NCBI GenBank assembly: GCA_964569265.1
Contig: CAZMTO010000004.1
Span: 5,988 to 69,987, forward strand
Direction of reading: 5' to 3'
Source of the DNA: an uncultured Peptococcaceae bacterium
GTDB taxonomy: Bacteria; Bacillota; Dehalobacteriia; UBA4068; UBA4997
Length of the DNA: 64,000 nt
Made by a program: the position numbers and the translations under genes. Shown here piece after piece: positions 53,196-62,781 of this stretch; position 1 is the first letter of the stretch, and each line of letters begins with the position of its first letter. The notes under the pieces were generated by a model. The model did no database searches. It was not told where the DNA came from and saw nothing but the letters and a program-made list of their open reading frames with translations.

Positions 53196-54928
53196 ATTGT
53201 TTCCTCCTTGGGAATACTGATGGTTACAACTGTTCCGCTCCCCGGCTCACTGGTAACCTCCAGCGTGCCGCGCACCAAATGCTCCAACCGAAAGCGGATG
53301 TTTTTCAGGCCAATGGCGCCGCCTCTGTCCGGCTCGTTAGTGTTAAAGCCCACGCCGTCATCTTCCACCGTGATGGTAACAGTACTTTCTGTGGCGCGTG
53401 TGCGCAGGGTGATGGTGCCGCCCTCCTCCTTAGAGCCAAGCCCGTGCTTTATGGCATTTTCTACCACCGGCTGCAAAATAAGCGGCGGCAGGCAAAAGCT
53501 CTCGACCTCTATATCCGTTTCAAAGCGTATGCGGTCACCAAAGCGCACCTGCTCAAGAATCACATAATCTTCCAACCGCTCAAGCTCCGTGGTAAAGGGA
53601 ATAGAGCGATCATCCTCCATAATGTCGATATTGTTGCGCAAATACCGCGCAAAGCGTACCACCGTTTCATCCGCTTTCTCCGGATCATACTTGCACATAC
53701 CGCTGATGGCATTGAGAATATTAAACACAAAGTGAGATCGTATCTGGCTCATCATAATGGTCACACGGCTCATAGCCAGTTGGTTTTCCTTTTCCTGTAG
53801 CATATGCTGCTGGCGAATATAGCCGGTAACAAGATGAACACCCTCGCTAAGGACGAAGATAAACATAGTAAAAAGCGTGGCGGGCAAACCACCGGCTCTG
53901 CCGCCGTAATAGTAGATACCAAGGTCGGTAAGTATGCCGATGCCCAGCAGCCAGATAAGATTGCCCTGAGGCCCCGCCCCTGCTCGCATCTGGGCAACAA
54001 TGCTGTTAAACGCCAGCGTTACCGAACCGATGATGAGCATAACGTGAGTCAAAGTCAGAGTCTGGCGCAAATCTATCATTCCCGTCAACTGAAGCAGCAA
54101 CTGCACAACGTCCAGCAGCGCAACAAATATGCACAGATGATCCAGTGCCAGATGAAACGCCTTCTGAGTCGGCCGTCGGACGGATTTTGTCAGCGGCAAA
54201 AGGCTTACCATCAGCATGGTCAGAGAAACGTAATAGATAAAGGTGTTGTGCCCTTCAAAAAGCAGGGGTGCAACGCGGGTTTGGGCAAAGTTCCACAGCC
54301 CCAGAGCAATTGACAGTGTTGCCAGAGCAAACAACCCGTGGTCACCCACACGTCTGGTAGAAAAATAGATGGCAGCAGCCAGCAGCAGCAGACCCACCAG
54401 CACGTTTAAAAAGCTCAGCACAATCTCCGGCAGCGACCGCATAATCTGCGCGGCGCAAACAGCATACTTTGAACCAACATAAAACTCAATCGTCTGATCC
54501 TGATAGTTTTCATAAACTGCCGTCAGCTCCACAAGCACCTCGCGGCCTGTGTCCTCGCGGTAAAGAGGAATCATCGCCCAGTTGCACCCCGGTGTTCTGA
54601 TGATGGAAAGCTGCGGCGAAGCCTGCAACGAATAAACCTTCTCCCCATCCAGATAAACCGCTGCGTTCTGATGGCTGAAGAAGAAGGAAAGCGTTGCATC
54701 GTAGGCAACTTCGTCCAGAGAAAAGCGGAACTGACGCACAAGCCGCCCCTCGTCGTCCAACCTCTCATCACAGGTTACATTTTTAACCACCTGATAACCG
54801 GACACCTCCCGGGAGCCGGTGACCTCCAAATTGGGCACAAGCCACAAATACACCAGCAGCGCCGCCACCAAAAGAACAATGGCAGCAAATAGCGCCGCCT
54901 GAATTCTCGCAAAGCTGTTTTTTTGCAT
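53192..54928 (-). CDS. Sensor histidine kinase, LytS/YesM type (His_kinase plus HATPase_c), extracytoplasmic sensor plus multi-TM region
   Basis: MSQIRSHFVFNILNAISGM H-box; GLGLKNIRFRL G-box; 4-bp overlap with the regulator gene. Confidence 0.8.
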   Translation of the reverse strand: MQKNSFARIQAALFAAIVLLVAALLVYLWLVPNLEVTGSREVSGYQVVKNVTCDERLDDEGRLVRQFRFSLDEVAYDATLSFFFSHQNAAVYLDGEKVYSLQASPQLSIIRTPGCNWAMIPLYREDTGREVLVELTAVYENYQDQTIEFYVGSKYAVCAAQIMRSLPEIVLSFLNVLVGLLLLAAAIYFSTRRVGDHGLFALATLSIALGLWNFAQTRVAPLLFEGHNTFIYYVSLTMLMVSLLPLTKSVRRPTQKAFHLALDHLCIFVALLDVVQLLLQLTGMIDLRQTLTLTHVMLIIGSVTLAFNSIVAQMRAGAGPQGNLIWLLGIGILTDLGIYYYGGRAGGLPATLFTMFIFVLSEGVHLVTGYIRQQHMLQEKENQLAMSRVTIMMSQIRSHFVFNILNAISGMCKYDPEKADETVVRFARYLRNNIDIMEDDRSIPFTTELERLEDYVILEQVRFGDRIRFETDIEVESFCLPPLILQPVVENAIKHGLGSKEEGGTITLRTRATESTVTITVEDDGVGFNTNEPDRGGAIGLKNIRFRLEHLVRGTLEVTSEPGSGTVVTISIPKEETI

Positions 54929-55117
54929 ATCGTTACCTCTCTGTGCAGGATGAAAAACTTTATAATAATATTATTATTATAGCACACTGCGCGTAACAAA
55001 AGCGTAACTGCGCGCGTTGAGCGGTAAATTTTTGCAGCAGTAAAAAACACCGCCCACAGGTTTTATCCTGCAAGCGGTGTGCGCTAAACTATCCCAAGGT
55101 TTGTATTCTGTTAAAAA

Positions 55118-55180
55118 GTTATTTTTATTGTATTTTACGGCAAAAGCCCAAACAGGCATTATCAGCCCAAAAGCTTTTCC
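55118..55180. repeat. 63-bp direct repeat, copy B; overlaps the last 6 codons and stop of pepF
   Basis: Identical to copy A except one G/A difference. Confidence 0.9.
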
Positions 55181-56970
55181 AGCTCGGCTACCATTTCGGC
55201 AAAGCTTTGCATAGCCTTATCAAGGGTTTCGGGGCTTTCCATATCCACACCGGCACCGCGCAGCAGCTCAATGGGGCTTAAACTGCTGCCGCCTGCCAAA
55301 AAGCCCAGGTAGGCGTCTGTTTTAGCTTTATCGCCGCTTAAAATGTTTTGCGCCAGGGCAGTAGCCGCGCTCATACCGGTTGCGTATTTGTAAACATAAA
55401 AAGAGCGGTAAAAATGCGGTATACGCGCCCATTCCATATCAATTTCCCGGTCAACGGCAACATCGGTGCCAAAGTAATCCAAATTAAGCTGATAATAAAC
55501 ATTTTGAAAATACTGGCAGCTAAGTGCCTCGCCGGCAAGGGTTGCCGCGTGACAGATTTTTTCAAATTCGGCAAACATCGTCTGGCGGAACACCGTACCG
55601 CGGAAGTCGTCTAAATAATGGTTTACCAAACGCATACGCTCTGCCGGGTCTTCTTCTTTATTAAGCAGATAACGCAACAGCAGGTTTTCGTTAACGGTGC
55701 TGGCAACCTCGGCCACAAAAATTTCGTAATCACTGTAAACATACGGCTGGTTTTTGTTGGAAAAATAGCTGTGCATAGAATGTCCAAGCTCGTGCGCCAA
55801 AGTAAATACGCTGTTTAAATTACCCTGATAATTAAGCAAAATAAACGGTTTGCTGCCATATACCCCGCTGGAATATGCACCGCTGGTTTTGCCGCGGTTT
55901 TCCGCCACATCTACCCAGCCGTCGGTAAAGGCCGTTTTAGCCACACTTATATATTCTTCTCCCAGGGGGGCAAGGGCCGCCAGCACTGTCTGCACGGCTT
56001 CTTCGTAGGGTATTTCGCGGGGTTTTTCTTTGGCCAGCGGCACATAAATATCATAAAGGTGCAGCTCGTCTACGCCCAAAGCCTTGCGGCGCAACTGCAA
56101 ATACCGTTGAAACAGCGGCAGGTTGGCACGCACACCGTCAATAAGGCTGTTATATACCGTGGCAGGTATTTCTTCACCAAACAGGGCAGCATCCAAAGCG
56201 CCGTCAAATTTGCGTACACGGGCCCCAAAAACGTTCTTCTTAATGTTGGCGGCCAGCATAGCCCCCAAAGAATTTTTATGCGCGGCATAGGTGGCATAAA
56301 GCCCCTTAAAAGCCGCCTCGCGTACCTGACGGTTGGGGCTTTCCATAAGGGTTATATAGTTGCCGTGGCTTATTTCCACCCGGTCACCGTTATCGTCAGT
56401 AATCGTCGGAAAGCTGATGTCGGCATTATTAAACATACCGAAAATGTTGCGCGGCGCGGCCATAACTTCTCCGGCAAGGGCCAAAATTTCTTCTTCCCGG
56501 TGGCTTAAAATATGCGGCTTCATCCGCAGCATTTCATCAAAATAGCGGCGATACACCGCCAAAGCCGGCATATCAAGCCAACTGTATAACTCAGCTTCGG
56601 GTATAGCCAAAAACTCCGGTTCTTCAAACGCCATAGCCGCCGATATTTTTACACCCAGGCTTTGCGCGCGGTCGGCCAGCTCCTGATACACCGGGTTGCC
56701 GTTATCCTCGTCACGCTTCATCTGGGCATACAAAAACAGCTTGTCCAAATGCTTTAACAGCTTTTCGCGCAGGTCTAAATATTCTGCCAAATGTTCGGCG
56801 CCCTGCCCCAATGTACCGGCATAAGCCGCCACTTTGGCCAGCAGGTCTTCGGCCTCGGCAAAAGCCTGTTCCCAAGCGGCATCATCGGCAAACACCGATT
56901 CTACATCCCATTTTAATTCTGCCGGCACCTCGCTGCGGGCAGGCAGTTTTTTTACTTGTGCTTCCGTCAT
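55162..56970 (-). CDS. pepF: Oligoendopeptidase F (M3B family)
   Basis: HELGHSMH zinc-binding HEXXH; ~600 aa. Confidence 0.9.
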   Translation of the reverse strand: MTEAQVKKLPARSEVPAELKWDVESVFADDAAWEQAFAEAEDLLAKVAAYAGTLGQGAEHLAEYLDLREKLLKHLDKLFLYAQMKRDEDNGNPVYQELADRAQSLGVKISAAMAFEEPEFLAIPEAELYSWLDMPALAVYRRYFDEMLRMKPHILSHREEEILALAGEVMAAPRNIFGMFNNADISFPTITDDNGDRVEISHGNYITLMESPNRQVREAAFKGLYATYAAHKNSLGAMLAANIKKNVFGARVRKFDGALDAALFGEEIPATVYNSLIDGVRANLPLFQRYLQLRRKALGVDELHLYDIYVPLAKEKPREIPYEEAVQTVLAALAPLGEEYISVAKTAFTDGWVDVAENRGKTSGAYSSGVYGSKPFILLNYQGNLNSVFTLAHELGHSMHSYFSNKNQPYVYSDYEIFVAEVASTVNENLLLRYLLNKEEDPAERMRLVNHYLDDFRGTVFRQTMFAEFEKICHAATLAGEALSCQYFQNVYYQLNLDYFGTDVAVDREIDMEWARIPHFYRSFYVYKYATGMSAATALAQNILSGDKAKTDAYLGFLAGGSSLSPIELLRGAGVDMESPETLDKAMQSFAEMVAELEKLLG

Positions 56971-57397
56971 CTGTTTGTTCCTTTCTGTATTTACAAGCTA
57001 CGTATTTATATTATAAAGTGCTTTATTTGCAGTATTTTTGCAATATTACCGTAATATGCACCAAACTTATGACAAATTATGTGCTTTTATCGGCGGTGCT
57101 GCGTTTATTGGTGCTTATGCTTATATTCATCCCAAAATACGTTTTAATATACAGCACATACAGCAGAGTAATTTTCCACAAACAATATTATTTTACCAGC
57201 TAAATCGGTGGTGATAAATCAGAATTTTTCCACCGGGCAGGTGTTTATAATTCTCCGCAGACCAATAAATTAGGGCTTTACAAGTTATTCACAGACTTTT
57301 CCACATTATCCACAGCCAATTTTTGTATATGCAGTATATATACCGTATTTTTTTACAATAATCTACATAAAATTACGCCCACGGCAACAAAGCTTTA

Positions 57398-58066
57398 CTA
57401 TTCGGCAATAAGCTCCTGCCAAAGCTCCGGTTCGACAAAATCACGCAGCAGGGCATCACGCCAGCTTTCTCCCGGCAGGCCGCTAAAGCCGTTGGCGGCA
57501 TAATCTTCGGCACAAACCGCACGCAGGCGGCTCTGCCCCGGCATAAAATCCTCTTTGTCGGCAGCAGCAAGCTCGGCCAACAGACGGCGTATCAGCTCGT
57601 CCTCGCCGCTGTTAATTATAACCGCCCTAAGTGCTTCGGCGCGCTCGCTTTTGGGCAGGCAACAGTGAGAACGACAGGCAAAGGTACGGTATTGGTGCGC
57701 GTGGCAGCACTTGGCCGCCTCGTTAAGCAGAGCGCAGGCACCGTCGGCCTTGCGGGCCAACTGCAAATCTACTGCTTCGCCAAAAAATACCAGTTGGGCG
57801 TCGGTCTGCGCCAACCATTCCGCCGGGCTTTGCCCACCGTTGGCATAATAAGCCGAAAAATAAAAGTCCGCCAGCATAAGGGGCACACGCTCGTGGCAGC
57901 AACCGTCACAGCCATAACAATCGGCCATAGTTTTAGCCTGAAACTGCTCCACCGCATCCAGATAATTACCCACGGTGGCAGCCTCGTCTAAAATTTGCAG
58001 GTCGTAGCCAAAAAAGCCCTCGTCAAATTCCGTTAAAAATACCTTTATCGCCTCGGTCATCGCCAA
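57398..58066 (-). CDS. YkgJ-family cysteine-cluster protein (putative Zn/Fe-chelating CxxCxxCC domain)
   Basis: CYGCDGCCHE and CRSHCC motifs. Confidence 0.45.
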   Translation of the reverse strand: MAMTEAIKVFLTEFDEGFFGYDLQILDEAATVGNYLDAVEQFQAKTMADCYGCDGCCHERVPLMLADFYFSAYYANGGQSPAEWLAQTDAQLVFFGEAVDLQLARKADGACALLNEAAKCCHAHQYRTFACRSHCCLPKSERAEALRAVIINSGEDELIRRLLAELAAADKEDFMPGQSRLRAVCAEDYAANGFSGLPGESWRDALLRDFVEPELWQELIAE

Positions 58067-58090
58067 AAAACCTCTTTTATGCTAAATTTT

Positions 58091-58957
58091 TTATGCTAAA
58101 TTTGCCTTTTCGGCAGCTTCTATAATATGGCGGCAAAGCAAAGCCGTGGTAACCAGCCCTACACCGCCCGGCGAAGGTGCAGCCGCCGCAGCCACCGGCA
58201 AAACGTTGGCATAATCAACATCGCCGCACATTTTACCGGGGTTTTCCGGGTCGGCATTTACACCAACATCAATAACCACCTGCTTGCTGTTCACCCAATC
58301 AGCCTTTACCATACGCGCCCGCCCTACGGCAGCCAGCAAAATATCGGCCTTGCGGCAAACCTCCGGCAGGTTTTCCGTCTTAGAATGACAAATGGTTACG
58401 GTGGCGTTTTGTTCTAACAGCAGCATAGCCAGCGGCTTGCCCACCACCAAAGACCGCCCCAACACCACAGCGTTTTTGCCACTAAGGGGTATGTTATAAA
58501 ACTTCAGCATTTCCATAACGGCAGCCGGTGTGCAGGGGGCAAAACCGTCGCTGCCGCAGTACACCGCCGCCGCCGAAGCCTCGTTTAAAGCATCAACATC
58601 TTTGGCAGTGGGTATCAGCGCCCGCAGCTCAGGTTCGTTTAAATGGCGGGGCAGCGGGCTAAAAAAGAACACGCCGTCTACCGCAGCATTGGCAGCAGCA
58701 TTGCTTAACAGCCCGGCAAAGTCCTGCTGGGTACAATCGGCCGGCAAAACCGTGTGCAGCACCTTAATACCTGCCTGCTCGCAGTGACGCAAAATAGAAC
58801 GTTCGTAAAAAACATCATCGGGGCGTTCTCCCACACGGAACAGCGCCAACGTCGGTTGATGGCCGGCAGCAGCCAGCTTTTGTGCCCGCTCGTAGTTTTC
58901 AGCCATAATAGCATCGCCCACCGGGCGGCCTTTTAATTCTTTAACAAAATCCGTCAT
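58091..58957 (-). CDS. folD: Bifunctional methylenetetrahydrofolate dehydrogenase / methenyltetrahydrofolate cyclohydrolase
   Basis: LQLPLP-like core; GRSLVVGKPLAMLL NAD(P)-binding segment; 288 aa. Confidence 0.9.
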   Translation of the reverse strand: MTDFVKELKGRPVGDAIMAENYERAQKLAAAGHQPTLALFRVGERPDDVFYERSILRHCEQAGIKVLHTVLPADCTQQDFAGLLSNAAANAAVDGVFFFSPLPRHLNEPELRALIPTAKDVDALNEASAAAVYCGSDGFAPCTPAAVMEMLKFYNIPLSGKNAVVLGRSLVVGKPLAMLLLEQNATVTICHSKTENLPEVCRKADILLAAVGRARMVKADWVNSKQVVIDVGVNADPENPGKMCGDVDYANVLPVAAAAAPSPGGVGLVTTALLCRHIIEAAEKANLA

Positions 58958-59040
58958 TATACATTCTCCTTATTTATAAAAATTTTAATTTTACCAATAT
59001 TATAAACACCTGTTATAAACGCCGCAAATTTACCGCAAAA

Positions 59041-59832
59041 TCAGGCAAATTTTGCCGCCAGATTATCGCTCATCAAGGTGTATACCTCATCAAACCACTG
59101 CCACATTTCGTCCTTTAAATCCGCACGAATCTGCTCTAACAGGGCAGCAAGGTCTGCTACACTGCCGCCGCTTATGTTATGGCGGCGCTTTAGCTGTTCA
59201 AGGTATTTTTCCGCCGAATCTTCTGCCGACACCTCAAGTATAGAAAACCTTTTATCCATAGTTTGCAGCACCGGCCGCACCCGGCTGTCATCGGCAGCGG
59301 CATATTGCCCCAAAGCCGCACAAATAACCTGCATAACAGCTTCATCGTGCAGGGCGGCCATAAGCGTTGGCCCAAGGTTGGGGTATTTAGCGGCAATTTC
59401 CAGCTCGGCGGCCATTTCCACCAGATTATGCGCCTTCCACAGGGCATATTCCCGCGGCAGGTTGCAGGCCAAAACCGCATCGGGTATATACGGCAGGCAT
59501 TTTAAAAAGCACCAGCCCAACTTTTTTTGCCAAACTTCGTCGGCATAAGTATCAAAACCGCAGCCATCAATACCGTGCAAAGCCACACCAACAGCCAACG
59601 GTGCGGCAGCAGGCATTGCATCTTGGGCAAACTGATAAAATTGCGTGCCGCAGCTATGCCAAAGGTTGCGGTTTAAGCCCATAGCGGCCACAAAGTCCGG
59701 CAAAATAGAACCTACCAGCATCAGCCGATAATCAAGCTCGCTGTATGCCGAATTAAACGGCGGCTTGCCGGCAGCTAACAGGCGGTTGGTCATATAATTA
59801 TGTGCCAGTGGGAACATAAAACCTCCTTGCAA
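59041..59832 (-). CDS. Hypothetical protein
   Basis: ORF with good coding character; no family recognised by eye. Confidence 0.35.
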   Translation of the reverse strand: MQGGFMFPLAHNYMTNRLLAAGKPPFNSAYSELDYRLMLVGSILPDFVAAMGLNRNLWHSCGTQFYQFAQDAMPAAAPLAVGVALHGIDGCGFDTYADEVWQKKLGWCFLKCLPYIPDAVLACNLPREYALWKAHNLVEMAAELEIAAKYPNLGPTLMAALHDEAVMQVICAALGQYAAADDSRVRPVLQTMDKRFSILEVSAEDSAEKYLEQLKRRHNISGGSVADLAALLEQIRADLKDEMWQWFDEVYTLMSDNLAAKFA

Positions 59833-59910
59833 AAAACCGTAAATGTGTTATATTTATTATATATTACTTATTATATTATATAGAAAGAAAGTGCAAAAAT
59901 AAATAACCCT

Positions 59911-60792
59911 ATGCAAAAAAATCTAAAACTGAAAAAACTGCCTATGTACCTGTTGTTTTTGGTGGGTAATGCCTTTGAAGCCTACAGTTATCAGGGGTTT
60001 GTGTCGGCCAACGATTTTTTATCCGGCGGCACATACGGTGCAGCGGGCATTTTAACACGCTTTTTAACCTTTATACCGTTTCCTCTGGCGGTGCTGCTGT
60101 TTAACCTGCCCTGCATTTGGCTGGGCTTTAAACATCTGGAAAAACGCTTTGTTGTGCTTACGGGCATATCTCTGCTGTTGCAGGTGTTGTTTTTGCAAGT
60201 GTTTCAGGGTGTGGTCATCTATAACAACGACCTTTTGCTGGCCGCAATTTTTGCCGGGGTGTTTGTGGGCCTTGGTGATGCACTGGTTTTGCGTACCGGC
60301 AGCGGAAGTTCGGGCACGCACCTTATTGCTATGGTTATGCGGCAAAAATACGGCATTGCCATAAGCACCGTAACTATGGCCATAAACGCCGCCATCATTA
60401 TACTATCTACCGGGCTGTTTGGCATAGAAAAGGGCCTGTATACGCTTATACTGATATTTGCCAGCGGTCAAACGCTTTCTGCCGTGTTAGACGGCATAAG
60501 CCGCAAACGCACGGCATTTATCATCACCCCCAAGGGGCAGCAAATAGGCGATGCCCTGATGGCCAAGCTTAGCCGCGGTGTTACTATGCTGCCGGGCAAG
60601 GGGCTTTATACCGGGCAAGATGTTAACGTGCTTATTTGCGTTACCAACAACTTAGAGGTTGGCCGCCTTAAAGAAATTGTGCTGAGCATAGACCCGCAGG
60701 CGTTTATTACTTTTTATGAAACCACCGACATAAGCGGGCGCTTTTTAAAGCATAACCCCATAGTAGACAAAGACGAGAGCGACGAGCTTTAA
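59911..60792 (+). CDS. YitT-family membrane protein (DUF161 plus DUF2179)
   Basis: Paired TM repeats and a C-terminal DUF2179-like beta domain (VLICVTNNLEVGRLKEIV). Confidence 0.7.
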   Translation: MQKNLKLKKLPMYLLFLVGNAFEAYSYQGFVSANDFLSGGTYGAAGILTRFLTFIPFPLAVLLFNLPCIWLGFKHLEKRFVVLTGISLLLQVLFLQVFQGVVIYNNDLLLAAIFAGVFVGLGDALVLRTGSGSSGTHLIAMVMRQKYGIAISTVTMAINAAIIILSTGLFGIEKGLYTLILIFASGQTLSAVLDGISRKRTAFIITPKGQQIGDALMAKLSRGVTMLPGKGLYTGQDVNVLICVTNNLEVGRLKEIVLSIDPQAFITFYETTDISGRFLKHNPIVDKDESDEL

Positions 60793-60835
60793 ACCGCCTT
60801 AACTTACCTATTAACTTACCAAGGAGGAGATTTTT

Positions 60836-61555
60836 ATGACCGAAGAACTTACCACCCTGCGGCAATGGCTGCAAGAGGCCAAACGCGCTGTATTTTTTGG
60901 CGGGGCCGGGGTATCTACCGAAAGCGGCATACCTGATTTCCGTTCGGCAGACGGGCTGTATAACCAGCAATATGCCTACCCGCCCGAGGTTATTTTAAGC
61001 CACACCTTTTTTCAGCGCAATGTTAATGAATTTTACCGCTTTTATCACGATAAAATGCTGTTTTTAGATGCCCGGCCCAACGCCTGCCATTTGGCGCTGG
61101 CCAAGCTGGAGCAAACCGGCCATTTAAAATCTGTGATAACGCAAAACATCGACGGTCTGCATCAGGCTGCCGGTTCTAAGCGGGTGTTAGAGCTGCACGG
61201 TTCGGTTCACCGTAATTACTGCCAGCTTTGCGGGCGCTTTTATGATGCCCACTATATGAAGGCGGCCAACGGTGTGCCGCGCTGCGAATGTGGCGGTGTT
61301 ATAAAGCCCGATGTTGTGCTGTATGAAGAAAGCCTTAACAGCGACACCCTGCTGCAAAGCGTAAACGACATTGCCGCCGCCGACCTGCTGATAGTTGGCG
61401 GAACATCGCTGGTGGTGTACCCGGCAGCCGGGCTTATAGACTACTACCGGGGCAAGCGTTTGGTGCTGATAAATATGAGTGCCACCACCGCCGACAAGCG
61501 CGCCGATTTAATAATACGCGAACCTATTGCCCGTGTTTTTGCCGAAATTTTGTAG
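60836..61555 (+). CDS. cobB: NAD-dependent protein deacylase (sirtuin, CobB)
   Basis: GAGVSTESGIPDFR Rossmann motif; Zn-binding CxxC...CxxC; HG catalytic His. Confidence 0.9.
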   Translation: MTEELTTLRQWLQEAKRAVFFGGAGVSTESGIPDFRSADGLYNQQYAYPPEVILSHTFFQRNVNEFYRFYHDKMLFLDARPNACHLALAKLEQTGHLKSVITQNIDGLHQAAGSKRVLELHGSVHRNYCQLCGRFYDAHYMKAANGVPRCECGGVIKPDVVLYEESLNSDTLLQSVNDIAAADLLIVGGTSLVVYPAAGLIDYYRGKRLVLINMSATTADKRADLIIREPIARVFAEIL

Positions 61556-61575
61556 CGGCACGTGCCAAACCAACT

Positions 61576-61605
61576 AAAAAAGCCCCCTTATGTAGGGGGC
61601 TTTTA
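61576..61605. terminator. Bidirectional intrinsic terminator
   Basis: AAAAAAGCCCCCT-N5-AGGGGGCTTTT. Confidence 0.85.
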
Positions 61606-61622
61606 ATTGTTCCAGCGTTGGA

Positions 61623-61838
61623 TTAGTCAACCTTATGAACATTAGCAGCGCGCAGCTTGCTGGGGTTTTTCGGATCTTCCTCGATATCGAAGGTTACCTT
61701 CTGGCCTTCGTCCAGAGTACGATAGCCATCGCACTGGATTGCGGAGAAGTGTACGAAAACATCGTCGCCGCCTTCATCGTTAGCGATAAAACCAAAACCT
61801 TTTTCTGCGTTGAACCATTTAACAGTACCGTTAGTCAT
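61623..61838 (-). CDS. csp: Cold-shock protein (CspA family)
   Basis: [18 protein letters not shown]; promoter TTGACA-N17-TGGTATACT about 115 nt upstream. Confidence 0.9.
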   Translation of the reverse strand: MTNGTVKWFNAEKGFGFIANDEGGDDVFVHFSAIQCDGYRTLDEGQKVTFDIEEDPKNPSKLRAANVHKVD

Positions 61839-62367
61839 TTGTGGTACCTCCCAAAAAAATTTTTGTACTCAAGAGAAATGCAAAATCCAACCGCTAAGCT
61901 ATACCTCATCATTAGGCCGTGCCAGTCGATATATGGAACCCATCGACTTGAATACTCGCCCAGTATACCACAAAACCGGCGTCATTGTCAATGTGCCAAA
62001 CATAAAATTACCAGCATATTCGCGGCTTTTTCGGCATTGCAGGGTTTTTGCATATAATACAAAAGGCGCAAAACAAAGGCAGCCCAAGCCGCTAAAGGGC
62101 CGAGCTGCCAATGAAGGTGAAAAATTTAAAATTGTTTACAAAGCTTTAATTTAACGTTATGTATTAAAGTAGCTTAAGCCAACTTAAAATTAACCACAAA
62201 TTACCATACAAACTACAACATCAGGGTTTTAAGACGAGGTAGCAAGTGGGGATCTTGCTACCTCCGATGCCTTAAAAAAGAAAAGAAGTTAGGGGAAAAA
62301 AGAAATACAACCGAATTTGAAAATCGGCAGCAGCGAATAAAAAAACCCTCTCGACTGCCGGGAGGGA

Positions 62368-62641
62368 ATAAAAAACGGCTCTATCAGGTGAGCCGTAAGT
62401 GTGCTGAAAGAAATATGGGGATATTTCCTGCCAGTGCCTCCCACCCTAAAGGCAAAAGCAACATCTGCGGCAAATATCCTGACTTATGATTCAACCTCAC
62501 AGGAACCTTCTCAAACCGGGGAGGCTCAATGGTATAACTCCTGTTCGTCATCAAATACAGTAGAGCTTGGGCTGCGCCGGATTCTCACCGGACTTCCTTT
62601 TTAAGCTGAAACAGCACCGCAAACTTTCAATATTCAGTTAT
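62368..62641 (-). ncRNA. Orphan structured RNA candidate (~270 nt) of unassigned class, with its own promoter and tandem terminators
   Basis: Minus-strand TTGACA-N17-TATAAT at 62648..62676; long-range helices GGUGCUG/CAGCAC and GGAUAUUUGCC/GGCAGGAAAUAUCC; terminator ACGGCUC-N8-GAGCCGU-U6 at 62367..62396 and a second at ~62340..62366; no RBS-led ORF. Confidence 0.35.
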
Positions 62642-62781
62642 GCTTATATTATAATCACCCAAGTTGGTTATGTCAATAGCGTTTTGCAAAATTTTTATAT
62701 TTTACATTAACATTTGGCGGCATTTTAAGCACCCCGTTTAAAGCCGCAATTTATATCACCCTGAGCAAAAAGGGTTTGCGG

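Noticed and set aside
42930-55117. Integrase, recombinase or transposase inside the direct-repeat-bounded block
   Set aside because: All four ORFs are accounted for (surface protein, hydrolase, regulator, kinase). No additional ORF with recombinase motifs on either strand.
57073-57210. 45-aa hydrophobic ORF in the AT-rich pepF upstream region
   Set aside because: No Shine-Dalgarno sequence. The region is an AT-rich promoter spacer, so it is likely chance.
62368-62641. Assigning the orphan RNA to RNase P, tmRNA or SRP
   Set aside because: RNase P blocks (GGAAAGUCCGGGCUCC, ACAGAAUCCGGCUUA) are absent. tmRNA ends (GGGG...UCCACCA with T-arm) are absent. The SRP helix-8 GUCCGGAAGGAAGCAGC is not intact. 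Left unassigned.
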